Shown one piece after another: positions 1-9,494 of a stretch of 64,000 bases of DNA. The translations under genes were made by a program, and so were the position numbers. Each line of letters starts with the position of its first letter. The first letter of the stretch is position 1. This stretch comes from an uncultured Gammaproteobacteria bacterium. GTDB lineage: Bacteria > Patescibacteriota > Microgenomatia > UBA8517. The notes below the pieces were generated by a model. It was not told the origin of the DNA, made no database searches, and saw only the letters and a program-made list of their open reading frames with translations. The stretch spans positions 8,323 through 72,322 of the forward strand of contig CAYRCU010000002.1 in the NCBI GenBank assembly GCA_964422865.1, in the 5' to 3' direction.

Positions 1-344
1 AATGAGGGCGATATTTGAGCCTAAGAGACGCTTAACTCTTTTTTGCTCGAAGATGTGGCGAAAGAAACGGCTTACTTTTGAGCCACGACGAAGACTCCGG
101 AGCATTTTGATGGATGGGATAAGCGGCTCGGCTATAGCGGCCCCTCGGGGCTTGACAAGCTTAACATCCAGCCTGTGGCGAGGAGTAATATGTATTGAGT
201 ATTTACTCATAGGTCCTCGGGAAGATTGCCCGAGGAAAAAAATAATCCCGACTAGCGGGATATGTGGTATTTTAGCTTAAATTTCTTGAAAAATCAAGTT
301 TTTTGTGAGTATGATGAAGATGTCGTGAGAGGAGGTGAGAGAAA

Positions 345-527
345 ATGAAATTTAAGAAAAAAGACTGGATGGTGTTGGGCCAGATACTTATGGGGGGAGC
401 TTTGGTGAGCGTGGTTTTTTCGGGGATTGGGTATTTGGGAACTGATATATGGCTGGCTTCTACCCAGTGGCTTTTGGTGGCTGTTGTTTTTGCACTTTTT
501 GGGCTTTGGAGCAGGATGAACTATTGA
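345..527 (+). CDS. small hydrophobic membrane protein (hypothetical)
   Basis: 60 aa ORF predicted to span two transmembrane helices; RBS-like GGAGG upstream; no recognisable family. Confidence 0.3.
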   Translation: MKFKKKDWMVLGQILMGGALVSVVFSGIGYLGTDIWLASTQWLLVAVVFALFGLWSRMNY

Positions 528-550
528 CACTATAGTTTTGTTTTGCTAGC

Positions 551-1033
551 ATGTTGGTCATGAAGGGGCGGGATATAGTAATTGGGTTATTGATAGTGTT
601 GGTAGTTGTTTTTGGAGGCAGGTTTTTGCTTCGAGGAAGAGGAGGGGCCCCGATGATAACGGAGGAGCCGGCTTCTATTGTTGAAGAAAGGCTGGAGGAT
701 ACCCTGGGCGTCAGTATTCCAGATGACCTTGAAAAGGCAGTTCTTATGGGAGCGGGAGGCAGCGGGATTGCTACGAGGGAAATTGTTGAGGGAAAGTTCT
801 TGCACTCGGTTTTAGCTGACTTACCGGATCCTGAGAGTGGCAAATTCTATGAGGGTTGGCTGGGGAGGAATGGTGAGTATGTACCGATGGGTAAGCTTTT
901 TTCAGGTAAGGGGGGATTTATTTTGAGCTACAGTTCAAATGTGGACATGAGTGATTATAACGATGTGGTTGTCAGTTTGGAGACTTCTTTGGGAGATGGC
1001 CCGACCGAGAAAATTTTGGAAGGGTCTTTTTAA
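551..1033 (+). CDS. hypothetical N-terminally membrane-anchored protein
   Basis: 160 aa ORF with an N-terminal hydrophobic helix (LLIVLVVVFGG); coding-like composition. Confidence 0.4.
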   Translation: MLVMKGRDIVIGLLIVLVVVFGGRFLLRGRGGAPMITEEPASIVEERLEDTLGVSIPDDLEKAVLMGAGGSGIATREIVEGKFLHSVLADLPDPESGKFYEGWLGRNGEYVPMGKLFSGKGGFILSYSSNVDMSDYNDVVVSLETSLGDGPTEKILEGSF

Positions 1034-1063
1034 CTTCTTGGATATTGTATAAACTGGAAGAGG

Positions 1064-1789
1064 ATGAAGTACATTAGCTCTTTTTTTATAGCAATTCTTC
1101 TTTTCTTTTTGGTTGTTCATCAGGCGGAAGCGGCTTTGGTTGTGGTGGGCAGGGACGGTGGTGTAGTTGTTAATGTTCTTTCCAGGGAGATAGCTCTTGG
1201 GATTGAGAGGCCGGGAATTGAGGTTGTGAATGTGTCCAATCGGGAAGCCGGGAAGGAGGAAAGTGTGTTTTTGTCGCGGGACGGTGAGAGAGTGAGCTTG
1301 TCTGTTTTTGAAGGAAATGAAGAGAGAATTATGGATGTGACGGATTATCCGAAAGAACTTATTGAGATTGAAAAGAGAAGTAAGCCTGAGAGAATAAGGA
1401 TTATGAACTCTGAAAATGAGTTTATAATTTCTCAAAAGGGAATTCAGGCAAGAACCGGCTATTCGATATTTATTGATCCTGTGGATAATGAGCTTTCCCT
1501 GGAGACCCCCTCAGGGAGGAGATATTTAGCGATCTTGCCGTATGAAGCGGTACTGGGGGTTGTGAAAGCGAATGTGCTAAACAGGCTGAATGCCGATGGA
1601 GAAATTTTTTTGAGTGAACACGTGAATGGAGAACTTCTTTATACTGTGAATGGAGAGAGAACTTTTCAAGTGGTAAATTTGTTTGAGCTTAGTGTTCCGG
1701 TTGAAGCCAGGGTATCTGCGTCGACCGGACAGGTTGTTGGAGTAGAGCAGCCTATTTGGTTTAAGGTTTTTGGTTTTTTGTTTAGCTAA
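1064..1789 (+). CDS. hypothetical secreted protein (signal peptide)
   Basis: 241 aa ORF; N-terminal signal-like segment ending AEAALVV; no family recognised. Confidence 0.4.
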   Translation: MKYISSFFIAILLFFLVVHQAEAALVVVGRDGGVVVNVLSREIALGIERPGIEVVNVSNREAGKEESVFLSRDGERVSLSVFEGNEERIMDVTDYPKELIEIEKRSKPERIRIMNSENEFIISQKGIQARTGYSIFIDPVDNELSLETPSGRRYLAILPYEAVLGVVKANVLNRLNADGEIFLSEHVNGELLYTVNGERTFQVVNLFELSVPVEARVSASTGQVVGVEQPIWFKVFGFLFS

Positions 1790-1791
1790 AA

Positions 1792-2037
1792 ATGAAAGTT
1801 ACAATTTATTCGACGAGTACGTGCCCTTATTGTAAACAGCTTAAGGATTATTTGAGTAGCAGGGGAGTTGATTTTGAAGAGAAAGTTGTGGATCGGGACG
1901 CAAGTGCACGGGAGGAGATGGTGAGGGAGTCGGGCGGTTTTATGGGTGTACCCTTTGTGGTTATGGAAAGGGATGGACGGACGGAGAGGGTTATAGGGTT
2001 TGATAAGAATAAGATTGATGATTTTCTTGAATTTTAA
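1792..2037 (+). CDS. glutaredoxin-like protein (NrdH/Grx family)
   Basis: 81 aa; CPYC active-site motif near the N-terminus (TSTCPYCKQLKDYL); thioredoxin-fold length. Confidence 0.75.
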   Translation: MKVTIYSTSTCPYCKQLKDYLSSRGVDFEEKVVDRDASAREEMVRESGGFMGVPFVVMERDGRTERVIGFDKNKIDDFLEF

Positions 2038-2677
2038 AACATATAAAAAGGGGACAGGGAGAAGCGCTTTGGAGCTTGCAACTGTTGTTGAGGGGGTTGT
2101 GGAACAGGCTCGAATTAAAATAATACCTGTAGTGCAGACGGTGGACTTGAGGGAAGTGGCTTCTTTGGCGAGGCTTGAGGTGTGGGTTCAGAAGATTGAT
2201 GCGGTGGACTTTGGTGCTCATACGGGGAGCACGCTTCCTGAGGCGGTATATGAAGCCGGGGCGAGAGGGACTTTTTTAAATCATTCTGAGAGTAAAATAG
2301 GGGATATTGAGTTGTTGGGTAAGTTTGTGGATCGGGCGACTGAGGCCGGTTTGAAGACTTTGGTTTTTGCTTCTGGTTTAGAGGAACTTAAAAAAGTGCT
2401 TGCTTTAAAACCTTCTTTTGTTTCTTATGAGCCGCCGGAGTTGATTGGAAGCCGCCGTGGGTCCGTGGTTTCGGAGAAACCGGAAGTGGTTTCTGCGGCA
2501 GTGGAGTTGTCTCGGAGTCAGGGGATTCCTTTGGTTGTGGGTGCGGGTATTCATTCGGGGGAGGATATCAGGTCCAGTTTGAAGCTTGGAGCCAGCGGGT
2601 TTGCTGTTTCTAGTGATATACTGAAAGCTGAAGATCCAAGAGCAGAGCTTATGGACTTGGTAGAAGGATATAAATAA
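2018..2677 (+). CDS. tpiA: triosephosphate isomerase, short archaeal-type
   Basis: about 220 aa; N-terminal LNFKTY; NHSESK (TIM catalytic-region-like); C-terminal GASGFAVSS phosphate-binding region; start moved to the internal Met. Confidence 0.7.
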   Translation: MIFLNFKTYKKGTGRSALELATVVEGVVEQARIKIIPVVQTVDLREVASLARLEVWVQKIDAVDFGAHTGSTLPEAVYEAGARGTFLNHSESKIGDIELLGKFVDRATEAGLKTLVFASGLEELKKVLALKPSFVSYEPPELIGSRRGSVVSEKPEVVSAAVELSRSQGIPLVVGAGIHSGEDIRSSLKLGASGFAVSSDILKAEDPRAELMDLVEGYK

Positions 2678-2681
2678 AGAG

Positions 2682-3137
2682 ATGAAGGTTTATATTGCAT
2701 CGGATCATGGTGGATATTACTTGAAAGAGGAGCTAAAGAGATATTTGGAGAGAAAGGGGCACAAGGTTCGTGATTTTGGAAATGAGAAGTTTGACAAGGG
2801 GGATGATTATACAGATTTTGTTATTCCGCTTTCAGAGGAGATTTCAAGAGATACCAGAGCCTTTGGAATAGTCCTTGGCAGGAGCGGAGTGGGTGAGGCT
2901 ATTGCTGCAAATAAAGTTAGGGGTGTTTATGCTGCGGCTTGTACAAGTGAGAGAATGGCGAGGCGGGCACGCGAACATAACGGTGCGAATGTGATTTCAA
3001 TGGGAGCGGAATATGTGACTCCCACCACGGCAAAAAAGATGGTTGATTCTTTTTTGAAAACCTCTTTTTCAACTGCGGTAAGACACGGAAGAAGAGTAGA
3101 AAAAATTAAGAAATATGAGTCCTCCCATATCAAATGA
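2682..3137 (+). CDS. rpiB: ribose-5-phosphate isomerase B (RpiB/LacAB family)
   Basis: MKVYIASDHGGYYLKEEL N-terminus typical of RpiB; 151 aa. Confidence 0.8.
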   Translation: MKVYIASDHGGYYLKEELKRYLERKGHKVRDFGNEKFDKGDDYTDFVIPLSEEISRDTRAFGIVLGRSGVGEAIAANKVRGVYAAACTSERMARRAREHNGANVISMGAEYVTPTTAKKMVDSFLKTSFSTAVRHGRRVEKIKKYESSHIK

Positions 3138-4188
3138 CCCTATTTTTGACAGGCTTAGTATAGGGAATTTCCAAATTAAGGATAGAAGAGTCGTTGTGAG
3201 AGCGGATTTGGATGTTTGTGGTGTGAGAGATTATCGTTTGGGAATTTTATTTCCGACACTAAAATTTCTTGTTGACGAGAGGGCAGAAAAGGTTGTAATC
3301 ATTGGACATAGGGGTCGACCCAAAAAGAAGGGTGAGAAGTGGGGTTTACGGTTTTTGGTGGAGCGTTTTTCTGATGAATTAAGGGATAAAGTTGAGTTTA
3401 TAAAATGGCGTGGGATTGGGAATATTGAGGAAATAAGAGTACAAATTTATGATAGCAGGTCCAGGGTTTTTTTGGTTGAAAACTTGAGATTTTGGAAAGA
3501 GGAGTATGAGAATAATGAAGGCTTTTCGAAAGCGCTGGCGTCGTTGGGAGATTTGTATGTGAATGAGGCTTTTGCAAGCAGCCACAGGAGGAGTTCTTCG
3601 ATAGTCGGGGTGCCGAGGTTTATGAAAGAGAAAGCTTTAGGGTTTAGATTTAAAGAGGAAATTATAAATTTAGAAAAAATGCTTGTTAACCCTGAAAAGC
3701 CCGTTGTTGTACTGATTGGTGGAGTGAAGAAAGACAAGCTTAAGTATATTGAACCATTTGGGAAAATTGCAGATAAAGTTTTAGTTGGTGGAAGGCTTCC
3801 TGAGTATATAGATAAAAATGAAAATGAGAGGTTTAGAATGGAGGAGGATGGGAGAGTAGTTGTTGCCAGACTTAATCCGGATAAGGAGGATATAACAATT
3901 AATTCGATTGAAAGGTTTGAGGAAGAAGTTGGAAGGGCAGGGACGGTGTTTGTCGGGGGACCTTTGGGGAAATATGAGGAGGATGGACATGCGCTTGGTA
4001 CAAAGAGAGTGTTTAAGGCAATTGCAGATTCCCGTGCTTTTAAAATGGCCGGTGGCGGGGATACGACGAGGATTATTGAGAAATTAGGATTAACCGACAG
4101 GTTTGATTGGATTAGTGTTGGAGGGGGAGCTAGCTTGGAATTTTTAACTTCAGGGGGTTTACCTGGGCTTCAGGCGTTGATAGACTGA
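3115..4188 (+). CDS. pgk: phosphoglycerate kinase (short form)
   Basis: RVVVRADLDV N-terminal substrate-binding motif; C-terminal GGGASLEFLTSGGLPGLQAL matches the PGK C-terminus. Confidence 0.8.
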   Translation: MSPPISNDPIFDRLSIGNFQIKDRRVVVRADLDVCGVRDYRLGILFPTLKFLVDERAEKVVIIGHRGRPKKKGEKWGLRFLVERFSDELRDKVEFIKWRGIGNIEEIRVQIYDSRSRVFLVENLRFWKEEYENNEGFSKALASLGDLYVNEAFASSHRRSSSIVGVPRFMKEKALGFRFKEEIINLEKMLVNPEKPVVVLIGGVKKDKLKYIEPFGKIADKVLVGGRLPEYIDKNENERFRMEEDGRVVVARLNPDKEDITINSIERFEEEVGRAGTVFVGGPLGKYEEDGHALGTKRVFKAIADSRAFKMAGGGDTTRIIEKLGLTDRFDWISVGGGASLEFLTSGGLPGLQALID

Positions 4189-4193
4189 AGTAT

Positions 4194-5297
4194 ATGGTAA
4201 AAGTCGGAATAAACGGATTTGGGAGGATTGGCAGGCTTGCCTTTAGGATAGCGCTTGTAAAGCATGCCGGAAATGTTGAAATTGCGGCGATTAATACCTC
4301 CGGCAGCATGAATGTTGATGGATGGGCACATCTTGTCAATTATGACACGATGTATAGAAAATTTGAGGAAGAGGTGTTGAGTGAGCAGGTGAAAGATTCG
4401 AAGGAGGCAGTGAATGAGGATCCTTTAATTGGCTACTTGAAAGTGAACGGGAAGGATGTGAAAGTGCCGGTTCTTGCACAGAGGGATCCGGGGAAAATTC
4501 CCTGGGGAAAATACGGAGTAGATGTGGTTATTGAATCGACCGGGAAATTCACAAAAGAGGAGGACGCTAAAAAGCATGCAGTGGGAGGGGCGAAGAGAGT
4601 TGTGATTAGTGCTCCAAGCAAGGGAGGTAATGTTGGGACATATGTGATTGGAGTGAATGAGTATAAAGGAGAGAGTGTGGTTATAAATAACGCCAGCTGT
4701 ACTACAAATTGTGTGGCTCCCGTTGCGGCTGTGATGCACAGTAAATTTGGGGTTAAAAAAGCAATGATAACGACGGTTCATGGGTATACTGATGATCAAA
4801 ATCTGCAAGATAATTCACACAAAGATATGAGGAGGGCCAGGGCTGCTGCGGAGAATATAATTCCAACGACTACCGGGGCGGCAAAGGCAACCACTCAAAC
4901 AATTCCGGAACTCGAGGGTCTTTTTGACGGGATGGCTATACGGGTTCCTGTTGCTACGGGATCTATAACGGATTTTACGATGCTTCTTGCTCGTGCGGTT
5001 TCTGTGGAGGAGGTAAATAGGGCGTTTACGGAAGCTTCTCAGAGCCCTTTGTATAAGGGGGTTTTGGGAGTGAGTAGAGAACCCTTGGTTAGCAGTGATA
5101 TTATTGGGAGAAGCGAAAGCGCGATAGTGGATTTAATGTCGACACGGGTTGTTGCGGGCGATTTGGTGAAGGTGTTTGCTTGGTATGACAATGAGTGGGG
5201 GTATGCAAACCGCTTGATGGAGCAAGTTATTCGTGTCGGGATGACTTTGGATGGAAACAAGCTGCCTGTGGATCCGATTACACTTTCTTTCAAGTAA
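4194..5297 (+). CDS. gap: glyceraldehyde-3-phosphate dehydrogenase
   Basis: MVKVGINGFGRIGR Rossmann N-terminus; catalytic SCTTNC motif; WYDNEWGY C-terminal signature. Confidence 0.9.
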   Translation: MVKVGINGFGRIGRLAFRIALVKHAGNVEIAAINTSGSMNVDGWAHLVNYDTMYRKFEEEVLSEQVKDSKEAVNEDPLIGYLKVNGKDVKVPVLAQRDPGKIPWGKYGVDVVIESTGKFTKEEDAKKHAVGGAKRVVISAPSKGGNVGTYVIGVNEYKGESVVINNASCTTNCVAPVAAVMHSKFGVKKAMITTVHGYTDDQNLQDNSHKDMRRARAAAENIIPTTTGAAKATTQTIPELEGLFDGMAIRVPVATGSITDFTMLLARAVSVEEVNRAFTEASQSPLYKGVLGVSREPLVSSDIIGRSESAIVDLMSTRVVAGDLVKVFAWYDNEWGYANRLMEQVIRVGMTLDGNKLPVDPITLSFK

Positions 5298-5300
5298 AGT

Positions 5301-5957
5301 ATGATTAATATTATTCCTGCTTTGATAACTGATGATGTGCAAAGGCTTAAGAAGTTTATTGGTGAAGCTGAGGGAAAAGTGAAGCGGATTCAGATAGATA
5401 TTGTTGATGGTGAGTTTGCAGATAATGAGACGGTTAGGCCAGGGGTTATGGAGTATATTGACACAAGCTTGGATTTGGATTTTCATTTGATGGTGAGCAG
5501 GCCTGCAACTTGGGTGGAAGAGTGTGTACGAGCTGAGGCGGACAGAGTAATCGGGCAGGTTGAAATGATGGAAAGCCAGATTGGATTTGTGGAGAAAGTG
5601 CAGAAGTCTGGTTTGGGGGCCGGGTTGGCTCTTGACTTGGAGACCAGTTTACTTGAGCTTGATCCTGCGGCCATGGCTCGTGCGGATGTTGTGCTTTTAA
5701 TGGCTGTTTCTGCCGGGTTTGGCGGGCAGAAGTTTAACAGGAAAGTTGTTGAAAAAGTGACCAAGCTTTGTGGCACAAGAACAAGTGAGAGCATGGGTTT
5801 TCGGATTTGTGTTGATGGAGGAGTGAGAGAGGAGAATGTTGGAGATTTGGTTTTGGCCGGTGCGGATGAAGTTTCGGTGGGAGAAAGAATCTTTGAGGGA
5901 AATCTGGAGAGAAATATTGAAAAGCTAAAAAAAGCTTCCTATGTCAAAAAGAAATAA
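5301..5957 (+). CDS. rpe: ribulose-phosphate 3-epimerase
   Basis: IDIVDGEFADNETV corresponds to the RPE DxMDGxFVPN metal-binding motif; 218 aa TIM-barrel size. Confidence 0.75.
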   Translation: MINIIPALITDDVQRLKKFIGEAEGKVKRIQIDIVDGEFADNETVRPGVMEYIDTSLDLDFHLMVSRPATWVEECVRAEADRVIGQVEMMESQIGFVEKVQKSGLGAGLALDLETSLLELDPAAMARADVVLLMAVSAGFGGQKFNRKVVEKVTKLCGTRTSESMGFRICVDGGVREENVGDLVLAGADEVSVGERIFEGNLERNIEKLKKASYVKKK

Positions 5958-6591
5958 AACGCAACAGATAGTCAGGACGGTTGTAATCAAGAATATTGCT
6001 TTTTTTGGAGATGCGAATGTTCCGGAGAGTGATGTTGTTTACAAGCAGGCTTTTGAAGTAGCAAAGAAGCTGGCTGAGGTGGGATATACCATTGTCAATG
6101 GGGGCGGGCCGGGGGTGATGGCAGCTGCAACGGAGGGAGCGGAGAGTGTGAGGGGGGAGACTTTATCTGTTACTTTTTATCCGACTGATGCTCCTAACTT
6201 TGAGGGAAAGTATCTTCGAAATGTGACTGACCGCGAGATTGTGACAAGTAATTACATTGAAAGGATGTACAAGCTTATGGAGCATGCACATGCTTTTATT
6301 TTCTTTAAGGGCGGGAGTGGGACTATGAGCGAGTTTGGAACGGCGTGGGTTCTTGCAAATATTTATTATGGACACCACAAACCCTTTATTCTTTATGGCC
6401 GGTTTTGGGTTGAGATAATAGATGTGTTAAGAAAGAACTTGAATATAGATAAAACCGAGATGAGCGTTTTTGAGATAGTGGAGAAACCGGAGGATGTTTG
6501 CAAGGTTTTGGAGAGGTTTGAGAAAAGGATAAAGATGATTAAGAAAGCTAAGAAGGTTCGGTTTAAGGAGGGAAGGGGGTATACGAACTGA
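5941..6591 (+). CDS. LOG family protein (TIGR00730, cytokinin riboside 5'-monophosphate phosphoribohydrolase-like)
   Basis: VNGGGPGVMAAATEGA and GGSGTMSEFGTAW motifs typical of the LOG/lysine-decarboxylase-like Rossmann family. Confidence 0.6.
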   Translation: MSKRNKTQQIVRTVVIKNIAFFGDANVPESDVVYKQAFEVAKKLAEVGYTIVNGGGPGVMAAATEGAESVRGETLSVTFYPTDAPNFEGKYLRNVTDREIVTSNYIERMYKLMEHAHAFIFFKGGSGTMSEFGTAWVLANIYYGHHKPFILYGRFWVEIIDVLRKNLNIDKTEMSVFEIVEKPEDVCKVLERFEKRIKMIKKAKKVRFKEGRGYTN

Positions 6592-7433
6592 TGGATATTA
6601 AAGAGCTTCGGATTACTGCGAATGAGGTGAGAAAGGATATTATTAGAATGCTGCTTGCGGCCGGGAGCGGACACAGTGCGGGTTCTTTGGGACTTGCCGA
6701 TATATTTGTTGCTCTTTATTTTGAAATTATGAACATTGATCCTCAGAAGCCGGATTGGGAGAGGCGAGACAGACTTTTTCTTTCTTGCGGACATGTTGCA
6801 CCCGTGATGTATGCCACCATGGCGCGCAGGGGATATTTTCCGATAAGTGAACTTAAAACTCTTAGGAAACTGGGGAGCAGACTTCAGGGTCACCCTGAGA
6901 GAGTAAAGCTTTTGGGGTTGGAGAGCACTTCGGGGCCTTTGGGAGAGGGTTTGGCGCAAGCTTCGGGATATGCGATAGCTTCTAAAATGGATGGCCGGCG
7001 ATATAGAATTTATTGCGTGACGAGTGATGGAGAGCACCAGGAGGGAAATCACTGGGAGGCCGTGATGTTTGCGGGGAAGTATCGCTTGTCTAATTTGACG
7101 TTATTTGTGGACAGGAATTTTATTCAGATTAGCGGGAACACGGAGGAGGTTATGCCCCTTTCGCCTTTGGATGAAAAATACAGGGCTTTCGGGTGGAACA
7201 CGGTGGTGATTAATGGACATGACTTTGAGGAAATATTAAGAGCGGTGGAAGAGGCGCGGGATGAATATGACAGGCCAACTGTAATTATTGCGAAGACTAT
7301 TCCCGGGAAGGGAGTTAGTTTTATGGAGGGGAGAAGTGAGTGGCATGGGAAGCCTCCAGACAAAAAAGAGTCAGAGATTGCCTTGAAAGAGCTTGCACAG
7401 ATCAAAAGGGAGATTGAAAAAGATGATAAATGA
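6591..7433 (+). CDS. tkt: transketolase, N-terminal (TPP pyrophosphate-binding) subunit
   Basis: GSGHSAGSLGLADIFVALYF and HVAP motifs; split two-gene transketolase arrangement. Confidence 0.8.
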   Translation: MDIKELRITANEVRKDIIRMLLAAGSGHSAGSLGLADIFVALYFEIMNIDPQKPDWERRDRLFLSCGHVAPVMYATMARRGYFPISELKTLRKLGSRLQGHPERVKLLGLESTSGPLGEGLAQASGYAIASKMDGRRYRIYCVTSDGEHQEGNHWEAVMFAGKYRLSNLTLFVDRNFIQISGNTEEVMPLSPLDEKYRAFGWNTVVINGHDFEEILRAVEEARDEYDRPTVIIAKTIPGKGVSFMEGRSEWHGKPPDKKESEIALKELAQIKREIEKDDK

Positions 7434-8418
7434 GAAGGCAAAGTTATCCGAAAGAGTGTTTAAGAGAGACATTGAGATGGTGCCTGTTAGGAATGGATAC
7501 GGGGAAGGATTGGTGGAGGCGGGGGAAAAGAATGAGAGTGTTGTTGTTTTAGCTGCGGATCTTGGAGAGTCGACGAGGAGCAATTATTTTAAGGAGAAGT
7601 TTCCTGAAAGATTTGTGGAAGTTGGTGTGGCTGAACAGGCCTTGGTTACGGTGGCTTCGGGTATGGCAGCTTACGGCAGGACCCCTTTTATTTCAAGCTA
7701 TGCGGTCTTTAGCCCCGGAAGGAATTGGGAGCAGATTAGAACGACTGTGGCGCTTAATGACTTACCGGTCAAAATTGCGGGTGCGCATGCGGGAGTGTCG
7801 GTTGGACCCGACGGGGCAACCCATCAGGCTCTTGAGGATATTGCGCTTATGCGGGTGTTGCCGAACATGGTTGTTTTGGAGCCTTCAGATGCTATTGAGG
7901 CCAGAAAAGCTGTGGTCGCGGCGGCCGAGAACGGAAAACCGACTTATATAAGGTTTGCGAGGGCGGAGAGTGCAGTGTTTACAACGGAGGATTCACCTTT
8001 TATGGTTGGGAGGGCGGAGGTTTTGTGGCAGGGAAGAGATCCGAAAATTGGGATAGTGGCTTCGGGGCCTTTGGTGTATGAGGCCTTGAAGGCTTCGCGC
8101 GAACTTGCTGGGAGCAGTATTGACTGCGTGGTTGTTAATAATCATACGATAAAGCCCATGGATGAACACAGAATAATTCAGGTTGCAAAGATGACTGGAG
8201 CTATTGTTACTGTGGAAGAGCACCAGGTTGCCGGGGGAATGGGGTCGGCTGTGGTGGAAGTGCTTGCTAAAAATTATCCGGTTCCTGTGGAGATGATTGG
8301 TATGCAGGACACGTTTGGAGAGAGCGGTCGGCCGAGAGAGCTTTTTGGGAAATATAAAATGACCAAGGATGATATTGTTAAGGCTTCAAAGAGGGCCATA
8401 CGACGTCGTGTGTGGTGA
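7423..8418 (+). CDS. tkt: transketolase, C-terminal (pyrimidine-binding) subunit
   Basis: Overlaps the upstream stop by 11 nt; FVEVGVAEQALVTVASGMA and GPDGATHQALEDIALMR are transketolase pyrimidine-domain motifs. Confidence 0.8.
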   Translation: MINEKAKLSERVFKRDIEMVPVRNGYGEGLVEAGEKNESVVVLAADLGESTRSNYFKEKFPERFVEVGVAEQALVTVASGMAAYGRTPFISSYAVFSPGRNWEQIRTTVALNDLPVKIAGAHAGVSVGPDGATHQALEDIALMRVLPNMVVLEPSDAIEARKAVVAAAENGKPTYIRFARAESAVFTTEDSPFMVGRAEVLWQGRDPKIGIVASGPLVYEALKASRELAGSSIDCVVVNNHTIKPMDEHRIIQVAKMTGAIVTVEEHQVAGGMGSAVVEVLAKNYPVPVEMIGMQDTFGESGRPRELFGKYKMTKDDIVKASKRAIRRRVW

Positions 8419-8480
8419 TAGAGGAGGGGATTTAAGTTGTTGGTGTGAGTGGAAAGTGTTAAATTGGTATTTAGTAGATT

Positions 8481-9494
8481 ATGGATCAGAAACTTCTTAG
8501 TGAAACGGCGAAATTATTGGTAACTCCAGGGAAGGGGATATTGGCGGCAGATGAGAGCTTGGGAACTATTGGAAAGAGGTTTGAAAAGATCGGAGTGGAA
8601 AATACTGAAGAAAACAGGAGAAAATGGAGAGAGATCCTTTTTTCTGCGCAGGGATTGGAAAAATTTATTAGCGGTGTTATTTTGTTTGATGAGACTGTTT
8701 GGGCGAAAGGTGAGAATGGTGAGTTTTTACGTGATTTGCTTGTCGAAAGGGAGATGTTGATTGGTGTTAAAGTGGATGAGGGGAAAGATCCTGCGCCCGA
8801 ATCTGAGCTTGAGTTTTTGACAAAAGGCCTTGATAGACTTAGTGAGAGACTGGAAAAATATAGAGCTTGCGGGGCGCGTTTTAGTAAGTGGAGATCGGTC
8901 AGTGTTATAGGAAAGGGTCTTCCAACACAGAGTGTAACTGAGAAAAATTCGAAGAGACTGGCTGAGTTTGCACGACTTAGTCAGGAGAGTGGATTGGTGC
9001 CCGTTGTTGAGGCGGAGACTCTTATGGACGGGGAACATGATATTTCTTTGTGTGAAGATGTGATGATAAAAGTTTTGACGAGTGTGTTTAGTGAGCTTGA
9101 AAGAAAGCAGATTTATTTGCCGGGGATTCTTTTGAAGGTTAATTTTGCTGTTCCCGGGCGAAGTGGGCCTAGGGCAGAGACTGAGGAGGTTGCCAAGAGG
9201 ACCTTGAGAGTTCTTAGAAAATGTGTTCCGGAAGAAGTTGCCGGAATTGTGTTTTTGAGTGGAGGGTTGAGCGCACAGAATGCTACAACTTATTTAAATG
9301 CGGTTAACAAACTTGGATCAACTTGTTTGTGGAAATTGTCGTTTTCTTTTGGCAGAGCTTTGCAGGGGCCGGCACTATTAGCCTGGAGAGGAGAAGATGA
9401 AAATAAGTATGAAGCACAGGCTGCGCTGTTGGAAAGAGCAAGACTTAATTCACTGGCTCGATATGGGGAATATGAGGAGGAAATGGAGAAATGA
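8481..9494 (+). CDS. fba: fructose-bisphosphate aldolase, class I
   Basis: GKGILAADESLGTIGKRF...ENTEENRR closely matches the class I (Schiff-base, eukaryote-type) FBA N-terminus. Confidence 0.8.
   Translation: MDQKLLSETAKLLVTPGKGILAADESLGTIGKRFEKIGVENTEENRRKWREILFSAQGLEKFISGVILFDETVWAKGENGEFLRDLLVEREMLIGVKVDEGKDPAPESELEFLTKGLDRLSERLEKYRACGARFSKWRSVSVIGKGLPTQSVTEKNSKRLAEFARLSQESGLVPVVEAETLMDGEHDISLCEDVMIKVLTSVFSELERKQIYLPGILLKVNFAVPGRSGPRAETEEVAKRTLRVLRKCVPEEVAGIVFLSGGLSAQNATTYLNAVNKLGSTCLWKLSFSFGRALQGPALLAWRGEDENKYEAQAALLERARLNSLARYGEYEEEMEK

Noticed and set aside
2-280. 92 aa ORF at the window start as a CDS
   Set aside because: Arg/Leu/Ser-rich translation in a GC-rich, hairpin-rich segment. 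It is more consistent with structured RNA than protein.
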